Part shown: in pieces, positions 48,049-60,559 of the stretch
Position numbering within the stretch: the first letter of the stretch is position 1
How the letters are laid out: every line of letters starts with the position of its first letter
Origin: Selaginella moellendorffii
Lineage: Eukaryota > Plantae > Lycopodiophyta
Length of the DNA stretch: 64,000 bases
Assembly (NCBI RefSeq): GCF_000143415.4
Contig: NW_003314264.1
Span: forward strand, 4,143,229-4,207,228
Direction: 5' to 3'
Notes under the pieces: model-generated
Databases searched by the model: none
The model's input: only the letters and a program-made list of their open reading frames with translations
Told to the model about the DNA's origin: nothing
Made by a program: the position numbers and the translations under genes

Positions 48049-51000
48049 CTTTTTGGAGCCTCGCCTTTTGCTCGCTTCGTGCTCGTTCCTCGAGCACTTC
48101 GTTGGGAGTTCCACTCCCGCTCTTGACTTTTCAAGTCGGAGCTTTTGGTCCAAACGTGTTACGCTCGTTTGGCTCTCGCTTCGGCCACTACCATGTGGCA
48201 CCCTTCCAGCTCCACTTTGGGGCCTAGGGATTTTGTGTCTCACAACTCCACCACCCATAGACGAAGTTCGATGTCCTCATCGAACGGTAAACCATTTTGT
48301 AAAGTAACACTCGCGTGTGTTACCATTTCCATCCTTGGCACCTAGCCAATATTTGTCAATGGTTTGACATTGAAGGCTCACCATGCCTTCTCCATATTCG
48401 TCAATGGTTTAACATTGAAGGCTCACCATGCCTTTTGCATAGGCCTCCATGGTTTGACACCAAAGGCTCACCATGCCTTGCCTATCCTCTAAGGAGGGTA
48501 GTCTCTCCAACTTAGAGATTGATTGGACCACATGTAGTGGTTCTCTCCTTTTATTGGTTTAGTCCTCGCTAAACCTCTTAGAGACCCTTCTCTAAGTCAA
48601 TCCCACTACTCCTTCTCGAGTAGTCTCGATTTCCATCGATATAACCTTTGCACTTTGGAACTTTGAATTTTGACTTCTTGGAGTCAATTTCCTAGGTGTC
48701 TCCGACACCTTGCCTTGCACCTTTTGTGCAACTCCACTTCCCATCCTAGGAAGTTCTCTACTCGAGGGCACCATCATCCTCTCTTCTATTTCGTGCCAAA
48801 GTTCCAGTTATCATACTTTGTGCTAGGGCTGTTCATGGCCCTATCATTTGGCTACCTTACCGCTCCCTCCCTTGGAGCTTCCACTTTCGCCAAATCGGAG
48901 CATTTCGGAATCCCTCCTTGGAAACACACTTCCTTTCCCGCAACTTGTTAGCGTCCAACACATTAGTGTTCCTCGCCTAACTTTGTCACTTGGATTCCTT
49001 CCAAGGGATTCCACGGCCCTATCTTGGCCACTCATCTTTTGCTCCTATCCGTTGATTGTTGCACCAAGCAACATCGAATCTCTACCTCCCTCCTTGAGGT
49101 ATTGTTTCGGTTCCATAGCAAAGACTCTTCTTTGCCAAGTCCGGAGGATGTTCACCCCTAGTACGTCTCTTTAGCATCTTCTGCTATGGGCTCTATCCAC
49201 GGCCCAACTTCGTGACCCTCCCATGGGTCTTTTATAGAGACTACTTTCCTCGGACTCACTATGCCATCGCACGGACATAGTTTATTTCCCTTAAGTGCTC
49301 TTCCCACTTGGTCATCACGACCAAGCCACACCACCTTAAACAGTTCAATTTCAACATTTTGAACCAGGAACTTCATTCATTAACCAACCAAGGACCTTGT
49401 CCTTATCTGGCCATAAGATCACCTAGTGATCTCACCTTGGCACCTTAACAGAGTTGCCAAGAGGTACTTGGTCTTTTAGACCTCCAAGTTGTTGACTATA
49501 ACCCCGGGGGCATCCCCCACACTTGGCGGTGCACCCAAGCCAGCCCTTACGGCCAAGGGTTCATAGCAACTGAGATTAGGTGTCCCCATCTCACTCACCA
49601 CGACCTTGGTGCCACTTGCACCAAAGCGTTCAAGTTAGATATGCTAAGCTTTCACACTAAGCAATCTAACCGTGCATCACGACTCCGAGGCATCCCTCGC
49701 TTGGCGGTGTGCCCAAACAAGTCTCCCCACTGAGAGTCCATGACCACCGAAATATGAGTGTCCTCATATTCCAAACCATCACCACGCCCTAGTGATTTGG
49801 GACTCGAACCCAAGCACTAGAGGGTCGGGACTCGAACCCAACCTCCGTATATGCATCTACGGATGGCATCACACAAGATGCCTGGCGTGACTCCCCACGC
49901 CGGTGCACCAACTTGTTTTTAAAGCGCGCTACAGATCACAGTTTAGGAACCTAGTTCCTCCACACTGCCAAGTCCTCTCACTTGACATGTCTGTGATCAT
50001 GCATGGACTCCTCCATGCTCGGCCCCATGGCCCACCCTTTTTGAAGTTATCACCTTCAACTAGGGTATTTGTTCCCCCGACGTGCCAATCTCGCTTGGCA
50101 AGTCCTCCGACCACTGTAACATGGTTCCTGCATAAGCGTGAAAGTCCTTGACCATCGACTTTCGTTCAAAGCCCTCTCTTTGAACACTCGGGAACTACTT
50201 CCCTAACCTTGATAGCCTTGCCTCATGGCAAGCTTCAAGACCACGCTTCTGCTGCGCCACTCTGATTTCGCGCGTTCCATGAACCATTTACACTTGGCCT
50301 TTCTAGGTACTAAGCTACCTAGAATCATCTTTGGGAACCTTGAAGGAACTCTATCCCTCAGCTTGCTAAGGCCTCCCTTTTTGCAAGCCTTCCAAATGCC
50401 ACATAGTCTAGTATGGACAATTCCATATTTTAGACTCTCCATGGCATCACGATTGCTAGCGGCAACACCCTCGAGCCCCCACTTGATTCTCCACTCCCAG
50501 CTGGCATAACCAACCTTGGTTATGCCCTTTGATTCCTACGGTTCGGTTCTATCCCCTTACTTCTTGCTTTTTGGCTTCACACCTTTCCTTTGGTCATTTT
50601 CCTCCAGACCAGGAGGATAGCTTTGCACTTTCTATCATGCCTTAGCAAGTATTCTTAGGGATGAACCTACCCAATAGCCCAGGGAGTGGTTCCTCAATCC
50701 GGGTATGCCCACCTTATAATCCCACACACTAGGATTACATTGTTGCTTATGGGCCTTTCCATGCCCATCACTAGCCTTGCCAAAATTCCATTTTTTTGGC
50801 TTTGTCCAACTCGGGTAGACAGTTCTCTCCTGTCTCCGCAACCTTGGACATTAGGATAGCACCTTCTATCCATCATTCGCTAGGGACTTAGTCCCTTGGG
50901 CTTTATCCATTGCCCTCGCGACATCAAACACCACCTTCTGGTGTTCTAGAGTGTTCGGGTGTCCCAATGATGGCTTTCTTGACAATGAGTATTTCCTTTT

Positions 51001-53393
51001 ATGACATTGACTTACTATATCGCAACACAAGCACTTATCTCCCGTAAGGGTGTATCCGACTTCCCTATGCTATTAAGAAGTCTTGGGTAGCTACCTTCTA
51101 CCCGTTCAACCAGTTATTTTGCACCTCTTGCTTAGTTGCCTCATAGTTGTCAAGTCCTACAACTCATTGTTTTGGTGCTTTCACACCTCCATCATTATCT
51201 GGGTCACCACACTCCAACTGCATGCTCTACAGCTTAGGCTATGCCATTCCCATTTCCATTGGGATTCCTTTGGCAAGGGGTTCTCATGAACCCACCAACA
51301 TAGCCTCAAGGTATCACACCTTGGCACATTTGGTGTCTCCACACCATCGGCTCCACGAGCCTACCTCTATGACATTTCCCCTTCGTGTCTAAGTCTTTGC
51401 CAAGACCAACATCGCTCTTTCTCATGCCAACCATCCGTTGGCACTACACCATAGAGGTCACACACAACTTTATGTCAAAGTTGTTTTCTTCTGGGAACAC
51501 CTTTCCCATAACTTTAGCATGGCACATTTTGCCATCGATGAGATACCCTCTGTTCTCATCCTTGGATCCTATGATCCCCCCCCCCATCCTTTGTGGGGTA
51601 CAACACACCACAGTCCAAATGCTTCCATCAGTCCTTTTAGGACCATCCGTTGACTCTACTTGAGTCATCCAGCAGTTTTGGACTTGGTTAATCCACAGAC
51701 CCGTAAGGTCCTACTTGTGAGGCACTAGCTCACTGGAATACACTTCTTGCATTCCTGTCCTACTCAAAAGGACTATTTTCACAAGTGTTACTCTGACACT
51801 TGATTTTGTTCTCTGGAGGCAACTTTTGCCCCTTAGGACTACTTGTCCATGCGATGAGAATACCACTCATCTCTAAGTACACCCCCCAACTCCTTGGGTT
51901 GTTCCAGCATTTATTAAAGGTAGCCCCGGCTACCATTTCAAGGACTTGAGTCCTCTTCCGTATTTGACCTCCCATGGTCATTACCTCTGGTCTCACATTC
52001 ATGAGCACCAACCTCAACTATATGAGGATAATTTTGTGACTCCTTTATTGTTTTGGAGTCTCTATCTTTCCCGTGATCCCAACTTTAGTTGTTTACCACA
52101 ACAACCTTAGCCAATTTGCTGAGACAAATGCTCATCCGGATCACATCCTCAACTCAATGAGGAAAACCTTGCACTGTTCCCAAGATCCCAAAGTCGTTCC
52201 ATTATTGGCCCTTTTCTATCCACCACCTCGTCTACAAGTTCATACATGAACTGTAATGGGGAGCCATGTCTTCCCGACTTGCTACTCCTCAAGGATAGGC
52301 CCACTCCTCGGACCTTCCGATGCCAACACTAGTGGTGATATACTTGAGCACCAATAAAAGTCGGACTAAGGAACAGCTCCGATACCAAATTGTAAGCGAC
52401 TAAATTTTCCATTCTACTTTAGTCACTTAACCACACCTCTGACCGCTTGGAGGAGTCTCATTCACAACCTCCATAAGTCCAATCCAGGACTTGGGATTTG
52501 CTAGCCCCGAGAATGGCATCCATGCCACTCCACATTTGCACTTGGTCCAAGTGCTCCACGTGTCCGATCCCATGACCGACACTCAAAGGTACCACCGACA
52601 TAGCAGCCCGTTACGCTAAGGCCATGCCCAATCACCTTTGCCACACTAGTAGTCCAATACCACTTGCATCACAGTCTTGGCTCTCCAAGACTAGGCAAAC
52701 CATCCGTGAGTGGTCATCTCAGATCCACTCCTTAGCATCCTTAGGATGCCCACCGACAAGGGGAATAGCCTTCCCCAATATCCCTCTGTCAGTCCCCACT
52801 AAGTCCCTTTCTGCCCCTGGCCGTGTTTGCCAACACTGCCACTGGATCAAGACCCACAGGCCCGACCACTAAGTCCCACGGTCCTCTGGGACTTCCTCAC
52901 CACACGACTGTGTCCTTGGTCACTGCCCCAGAGGAATGTTCCTCTTCCTTTCCACAGTCTGGGCCTTTGGGACAACATTTCGGAACACCGTGGCCTTACG
53001 CGAGCCACCTGGGTACTCTCCTCGCCTTTCGCCTTTAGGTGCTCTAGCCATGGGCTTAGAGCGGGTTCCGTTGAGCCACACCAGGTATCCAAGTAGGTAG
53101 TGCCACCCACACTTGGACTGGGAGCATCGGCCAGTCGATCTCCCGGGGGAATTAGAGCCGGCTCTTGAACACTTCACCAAGCTACCCCGCTTGTCGGTCC
53201 GTGTTCACTCTAGTCTTGGACTTCCCAGTGGGCAGCTCATCACCCAACACTGGGTCTGGCCTTCCTGGGCCAAACTGGCCTTTCCTGGCCAAACTGGCTC
53301 CACTGCAGTCCTCCCCCTACTATACTTTTGGAGCTCACCAAACCCCCCAGGGTCTGGGAGACGAACGCTTTGGGCTTTCACCCTCTCAGGCTC

Positions 53394-54008
53394 CGGACTC
53401 GGACTCGGACTCGGACTCGGACTCGGACTCGGACTCGGGCTCGGCCTCGGTCTCGGCCTCGGCCTCGGTCTCGTCTCGGTCCCGATCTCGGTCTCGGTCT
53501 TGGTCTCGGTCTCGATCCTGGTCTCGGTCTCGACTTCGGACTCCATCTCGGACTCCATCTCGGACTCCATCTCGGACTCCATCTCGGGTCCATCTCGGGT
53601 CCATCTCGGACTCCATCTCGGACTCCATCTCGGGTCCATCTCGGACTCCATCTCGGACTCCATCTCGGGTCCATCTCGGGTCCATCTCGGACTCCATCTC
53701 GGACTCCATCTCGGGTCCATCTCGGACTCCATCTCGGGTCCATCTCGGGTCCATCTCGGACTCCATCTCGGACTCCATCTCGGATCCATCTCAGACTCCA
53801 TCTCGGACTCCCTCTCGGGTCCATCTCGGACTCCATCTCGGGTCCATCTCGGACTCCATCTCGGACTCCATTTCGGGTCCATCTCGGGTCCACCTCGGAC
53901 TCCATCTCGGACTCCATCTCGGACTCCATCTCGGGTCCATCTCGGACTCCACTTCGGACTCCAACTCGGGTCCATCTCGGACTCCACTTCGGACTCCAAC
54001 TCGGGTCC
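53394..54008. repeat. Compound minisatellite in the 5' LTR of family A
   Basis: Same units, with (CGGACT)7, one extra 12-mer and one extra 35-bp block compared with the other LTR. Confidence 0.95.
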
Positions 54009-54303
54009 CTTTTTGGAGCCTCGCCTTTTGCTCGCTTCGTGCTCGTTCCTCGAGCACTTCGTTGGGAGTTCCACTCCCGCTCTTGACTTTTCAAGTCGGA
54101 GCTTTTGGTCCAAACGTGTTACGCTCGTTTGGCTCTCGCTTCGGCCACTACCATGTGGCACCCTTCCAGCTCCACTTTGGGGCCTAGGGATTTTGTGTCT
54201 CACACTATGCCATAGCATATTATAAAATGTCATACCTACAATACCTACCTATATATGCCCTTCTGGCTCCACTTTGGGGCCTAGGGATTTTGTGTTTTAC
54301 ACA

Positions 54304-56492
54304 AGCCCGTTGCGCTACGAAACTAAGGTTCGGTACAATCCCACGAGCACCAGCTCCACGTATTCAGCACCTGTATACAAAATGGTGTCAAACGGAGTCT
54401 GGCACAATTTTGGCATACTGGTGGCCTAATGCGAGGAGGAGGGTACCCCACCGACTAGAGCAGCATGGAGTTTGGGCTTAGACCCAAGCCAGACATAGAA
54501 CAAGGAGCGATACAGCCCAGCGGGAGCCAAATTAATGTCTCAGATGGTCGGACATGCATTCCAACCATTATCCCTACTATATATTTGGAACCCTCTATAG
54601 CCCCTCCCCCCCTTGAGGAACACACGTGCTTTGGGCTTTCACCTCAAGCCTCCCTTAGTACCAAGAGTTAGTCTTTGGGACAAGCTCGAAACTTACTAAA
54701 TATGGAATGGCATTAGATTGCAAATTTAGACATGGGATGAACACCGTTGTGTTCGAGCCAATCTCTACATTCCGTAGATATGCCAAATGAGCTAATTCAG
54801 ACACTTTCCATAAATAGCATTTGGGACCGAAATGAGACTAACACAAAGGGTGTGATAGCAAGGGTGTTTGGCAGACACGGTAAGCTATCATTTAGCGAAT
54901 ATTGAGGGACTTCGCAGAGGTTTCCAACACTAGCAAGTGCAAGTCAGCATCATGAGTTTCTCGTCACCGTGTCAAGTATGCTTGATTTAATGACAACTTA
55001 GAGGATTTCCTTCCTTAGTGCCCTTCTAGTTTAAGTGCACATGTGCTGACCAATTTCTCAACTAGCTTGGGCGGAGACTATAAAGAGAACCAGCAGTACC
55101 GACCTCCTGCCGTTGTGGCAGTAAAGAGAGAGTGTCCGTAAGAACTAGCCAACAAGTATCTTTCAATACCCGAAGTCACATTCGCGATACTCTCCCCCCT
55201 TTAGGGAAGATCGACATCCTCATTGATGTATACCCGAGTCTAGCAAACCGTCAACGAAACAACTCCGAAAGTTAACGGAAAGCACACTATGTAGGAAACA
55301 CATCGACTTAAATGAGTTATGGAACAACCTCTCCTCTACATCTAAAGACGTTAAAACTTAGACACCCTCCGGCCGTCACTGACAAGGAAATGACTAATAG
55401 AGTTAGCCACCCTTGTTGCTCCGAGTACCACTCGGCTTACAAAGGAATGATACATCCCTACTTGCAGGGACATAGGGAGAAGGCCAGAGGCCCAACGTCC
55501 CTTGAGCAAGACATCAACCCCGTCAAGAAGATTTAAACAACTATTATAAACTGGTAGATGAAGTTGTTTACACAACCACGCCCCTTTTCAAAAGTGAGTC
55601 ATTGAGAGAAAGGTGGGGACTTGTGATCAGTCTATAATAGTTATCCCCATGGTTATGGATTGGACCCATGCACCGAAGTGCCAAAGTCAGCCTACCAAAA
55701 CTGACCCAAGTATTAATGAATGAGAGAAACGACACTTTGATTTATAGAAATATATTACTTTATCAATTTGCAAGATTTATTACAAAGTTGACAAAAGCTA
55801 TTTAATGTTTATTACTATTCTCATACTCCGTGACAAGCTCACAAGCATGTGTAAGATTTTTAAAAGGTTCCCAAGTTGATTCATAAGTCGGGTAACCTTT
55901 CCACTTAACTAGATATTCCTTCGCACAACCACCACATGCCTTATGAGACAAAAGGATAGCCTCAACCTCATACTCTAATTCACCCTCAATGACATCCGGA
56001 GCTGGACAAACATCTCGAGAGTGGCCAAGATCCTCATGATATGGGGCCAGTAAATTGACATGAAACATCATGAAGGCTGGACATCTCTTGTGGAATATCC
56101 AACTGATAGAATACATCACCAAGCCGTTTCAACACTCGATAAGGTCCAACATATCTTGGCAAGAACTTCTGAAACAAAGAACCCTTAACGTTCAAGTTCC
56201 GGGAAGATAGCCACACCTGATCTCCCACTTGATAGGATACATTCCGACGATGTGGATCCTTATCACGCCGATACCTATCATGAGCTTTGCCCATTGCTTC
56301 AGTAGCTCTAGACCAACTTTGGCATAGCTGCTCCGCATAAATCTCAACAGCTGGGACTAACACTTTAGACATTGGTTTCGGTACAACAATCTGTTGAAGA
56401 ACCCTATGAGCATTTCCTTGCAGCATCTCCCATGGAGAATAGCCAATAGCGCTGTGAAATGTGTTGTTATACCCGAAGTCACATTTGCGATA
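54304..56492 (-). mobile_element. Internally deleted chromovirus (family B): 23-bp 5' LTR stub, integrase C-terminus and chromodomain, PPT, partial 3' LTR
   Basis: [46 protein letters not shown]...[18 protein letters not shown] (55802-56470, frameshifted); PPT AAAGGGGGAGAG at about 55190-55202; TACCCGAAGTCACATT(C/T)GCGATA at 55167-55189 and 56470-56492. Confidence 0.85.
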
Positions 56493-57954
56493 GTACCACT
56501 AACATATCAACCCATTATATTAAGGCTATACTTATTCGCCTTTGTCACCTCAATAATCCAAAACCACTTGCATCATAAATTCGTCTCCCAAAAACTGAGC
56601 CATCTATCCATGAGTGGTCATCCCATGACCACACCTTAGCATCCTTAAGATGCTAGAAGACATGGGGAACACCTTTCCCCAATGTCCCTTCTTTAGTTCA
56701 CACCAAATCCCTATCCATAGCTGTATTCACCAACACTGCCACTAAGTTAAAGTTTAAAGGCCTGACCATTAAGTCCCACCAACCTCTAAGACTTCTTCAT
56801 CATGTGACCGTATCCTTAGTCATTACATAATAGGACTACTCCTCTTCCTTATATTTTGGGACATTAGGATGACATTTAAAAACACTATAGCCCTACATAA
56901 GCCTCGTTCCCCACTTTTTGCCCTTAGATGCCCTAACCATGTGGCTAGAGTGAAGTTCTGATGAGCTATGAGGTATAAGTATCCAATTAGGTAGTGCCAC
57001 CTACATTAGGATTCAGAGCATCGACCATTCAATCTTCTGGGGGAGCTATAGTCGGTTCTTGAACACTTCACTAAACTACCTTACTTGTCTGTTTGTATTC
57101 ACTTTAGCTTTAAACTCTTTAGTGGATATATCATCACTCAACACATAAGTATAGGTTTCCTTGGTCACACTAGCCTTTTCTTGCCAAATTAACTCCACTA
57201 GAGTCCTCCCTCTATTATACTTTTAGAGCTCACCAAACCCTCTAGTTTGAGAAACGAATGCTTTAGGCTTTCACCTTCGGACTCGGACTCGAACTTGGAC
57301 TTAAACTTAGATTCGGATTTGGACTCAAACTCAAACTCAATTTTGGTTTTAGTCTCAATCTTGGTCTTGATCTTGGTCTCAATCTTGGTCTTGGTCTCTT
57401 TCCCAATCTCAGTTTTGTTCTCGGTCTTGATCTCTTTCTCGGCTTTGACCTTGGACTTGACGTTAGACTCCATCTTGAACTCCATCTCGGTTCCATCTTG
57501 GACTCCATCTCGGGTCCATTTCAGACTCCATCTTAGGTCTATCTTGGACTCTATCTCGAGTCCATTTCGGATTTATTTTGGACTCCATCTCAGGTTCATC
57601 TCGAGTCCGTATCAGACTTCATCTTGGATTCGATCTCGGGTCCATCTTAGACTCCATCTTAAGTCCATCTCGAACTCTATCTTAGACTCCATCTTAAACT
57701 CCATCTCGGGTCTATCTTGGATTCCATCTTAACACTTCTATGTGTTATGTATTAGTTCTTTTGTGTCCTTTTTCTAGAGACTCACTTACTACTTGTTTCA
57801 TGCTCGTTCTTCGAGCACTTTGTTGGGAGTTTCACTCTCACTTTCAACTGTTCAAATCAAAGTGTCTGAATGTGTTATGCTTGTTTAGTTCCTGCTTTGG
57901 CCACTACCACGTAGCACCCTTTCGGCTTTACTTTGGGGCTAGGATAAAAGCACA
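56493..57954 (-). mobile_element. Old, C-to-T eroded family-A LTR
   Basis: Collinear with about 46669-48244, including a degenerate minisatellite at about 57278-57730. Confidence 0.85.
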
Positions 57955-58389
57955 ACTTTTATAAATACAGATGTTAAAAAAGATTTAACTATAATGGAAA
58001 CTTCAATTCATTTCTTATAAACCTTAGACAAGGAACCTATTAAAAACTAGTTATTTTATAATATCTTCAAATCAATTTAACTTATAAAAACTCTAGCTTT
58101 TGAATTAAATATTAATTATAGTAATTATATAAACCCATATAAACCACAAGTGGTCAAATAATCACTTATAACTATAGTGGCCTGATAATAAACTTACAAA
58201 AATAAAACCATTATATAAATAATCAATTAGTTTAATTACTTAATAAAGGAGATATTAAATAGTGAGCTTGAATGAAAATCTATAAAAAAAATTTAAAAAT
58301 ATTATATTTAAAATCTTGTAAAAGCCACTTAGCAATCAGTAAGTTTTAACTAATAAAAACAGTTTAAAACAGATTAAGAACTCCCCCAC

Positions 58390-58820
58390 CTTCCACCACT
58401 AGAGTGCCCAACCATGTGGCTAGAATGAAGTTCTAATGAACCATGTAAAACATCTAAGTAGGTAGTGCCACCTACATTTAGATTTGCTATCCAATCTCCA
58501 AGAGGAGTTAAAGTTGACTTTTATACACTTTACCAAATTATTTTACTTGTCTATCCATGTTCACTTTAAACTTGAAATCCCCAGTGTTTATATCATCAAC
58601 CACCACATAAGTATAACTTTTCGTGACCACACTCCCTTAAGTCTTCCCTCTATTATTTAGTATGGACTTACCAAACCCCCTAAGGTTTGAGAGATGATTG
58701 TTTTGGGATTGGCACTCCTCAGATTTGGACTTGAATTTAGTCTTGGACTTGGTCTTGTTTTAGACTCCATCTCAAACTCAGACCCCAACTTACTCTCAAT
58801 TCTCAGACTTGGACTCAATT
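58390..58820 (-). mobile_element. Degenerate family-A LTR fragment
   Basis: AAGTAGGTAGTGCCACC...ACCAAACCCCC aligns to about 47130-47480. Confidence 0.7.
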
Positions 58821-60559
58821 ATTTTGGTGGATCATGAATGTTCATAAGTTTATTGTTTATAAGTTTATTATACACATAGTTTATAGTAGATTTTATTTAT
58901 ATTAAATTTATCTCAAGTTTTTAGTTTTGGTTTTTAGTTTTCTTAAGAAAACATATATGGTAGTAGATATACCTGAAATATACTTGGATTTGGACTATTC
59001 TACCATCAAAAAATGGTTATTCATTTAGATTAATTTTGTATTTATAATTTATAAACATATTTATAATTTATAAACTTTCCTAAACACTTCCTAGTATATT
59101 TTAGTTTTTTCTACCATCCAATGGTTAATATGCAATAGGATGTTTAAGTTTTTTGATCATCTGGATTAACTATTTCTATAAATATTAAGCTCACTTTCTC
59201 ACTGTGAGTAGATTTTATTTTATAGTTTTATAGATAAATATTAATACTATTTTCTTAGCAGTTCTAAAGAGGGTTTTAAAATTTTGGAATGATAATTGGA
59301 TTTTACAACTGGTATATTATTAGTTAAACATACAGATTTAGATATAGTTATTTAAAAGGCTTAAATGATTTATTTATTATAAATGGGTTTATAAATGGGT
59401 TTCATCTATAAACTTCTCTAGCTGTTTTGTGAGATTTCCCCAAAAGTATGACATAGGTAAATATAATTGCATTTTACTTCACAAGTTAATTTTATATATT
59501 AAATTGTCATAAATTTATTTGGTTTTTCTATGGTAATTTTTGTTGAAAAATTACTTTTTCAATAGATTTTTTAATCTTATGATAAAATAAGCTTATAAGT
59601 TGGTGTAGAATAAAATTTGAAGCAGTTTTATTGAAACTGGCTTTTTCTCAAGATTATTTTTTTGAACATCTTCATTAATCTGATTATTATTTTTAGTATT
59701 AGTATTACTTTAAAGATAGTTTTTACTTTAGTATTTTAAAATACCATTTCAAAATCCTTAATTGTAGAGATGAAGAAGAATGGTTCTTTTTTTTGATAAC
59801 CAAAGGTATAGTTAGATGGTGGGGAAGTCCTAGAGATCACTAGAACTTAGTGGATGAGCTTTCAAACCCCGATCCAATATAGTGTTATTTAGCATTACCA
59901 TGAATAGAGAGTAAATCGGTGGGGATTGAAGAAGCAATATTGGAGGATAGTGTTCCTATAAAAATGCTAAAAATGGTCATATAATGACCATTTATAGATT
60001 GGATGGTTTATTTTTGGAAAAACGGATTTATGTATAAGGTTGTTTTGCACTACTAATGAGACAAATGTAAATGGATATAACTTTAATGTAATAGGCTAGT
60101 ATATCAATTTCTTTCTATATCTTTAGTTATACTTAGAGCTATTGGCCAAATGTTGGTAAGTTTATTGGATTTAAATAGTCATTAGGTCATAAATTTGGTG
60201 TTGGGTTTTATAAAAGTAAGTTGAAGATTGCTTATTGGTTATAATTCCCTATAAACTACTATATTTGTTTGGATTCACTTGATGGCAAATTATACCTTGC
60301 ATTTGGGTTAGATTCTATGAGAGTACTAGCTTTCATTAATCTTGATTTGGTGTTGGTGGGCCTACATCTTGGCTAAGGATAGTGATATTCAATTTAGTTG
60401 TTTGTAGTTGAAGTATTAGTACCTATATAAATTTATCTAATGATCTTCACTTTAATTTCAACTAAATTAATCATTCATAATATCTATTTGATTCATCCAA
60501 GTTCCTCTCCATCCATGGTAGTGCTTGCCACTATGTTATGGTATGAAATCCTATCTATA

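Larger units (their letters stand above)
46472..54204 (-). mobile_element. Young non-autonomous gypsy-derived LTR retroelement (family A, LARD-like)
   Basis: Near-identical LTRs 46472-48244 and 52391-54204 (TG...CA); TSD CTATG (46467-46471 / 54205-54209); PBS TGGTATCGGAGC on - strand 52376-52387; PPT CTATGGGTGGTGGAGT 48245-48260; 4.15-kb interior with no long ORF. Confidence 0.95.

Noticed and set aside
47194-48307. Long overlapping ORFs in all six frames (also 53113-54233, 14517-14958, 57198-57732)
   Set aside because: They arise from stop-free minisatellite units inside LTRs; indels between sister LTRs shift the frames; no evidence of protein coding
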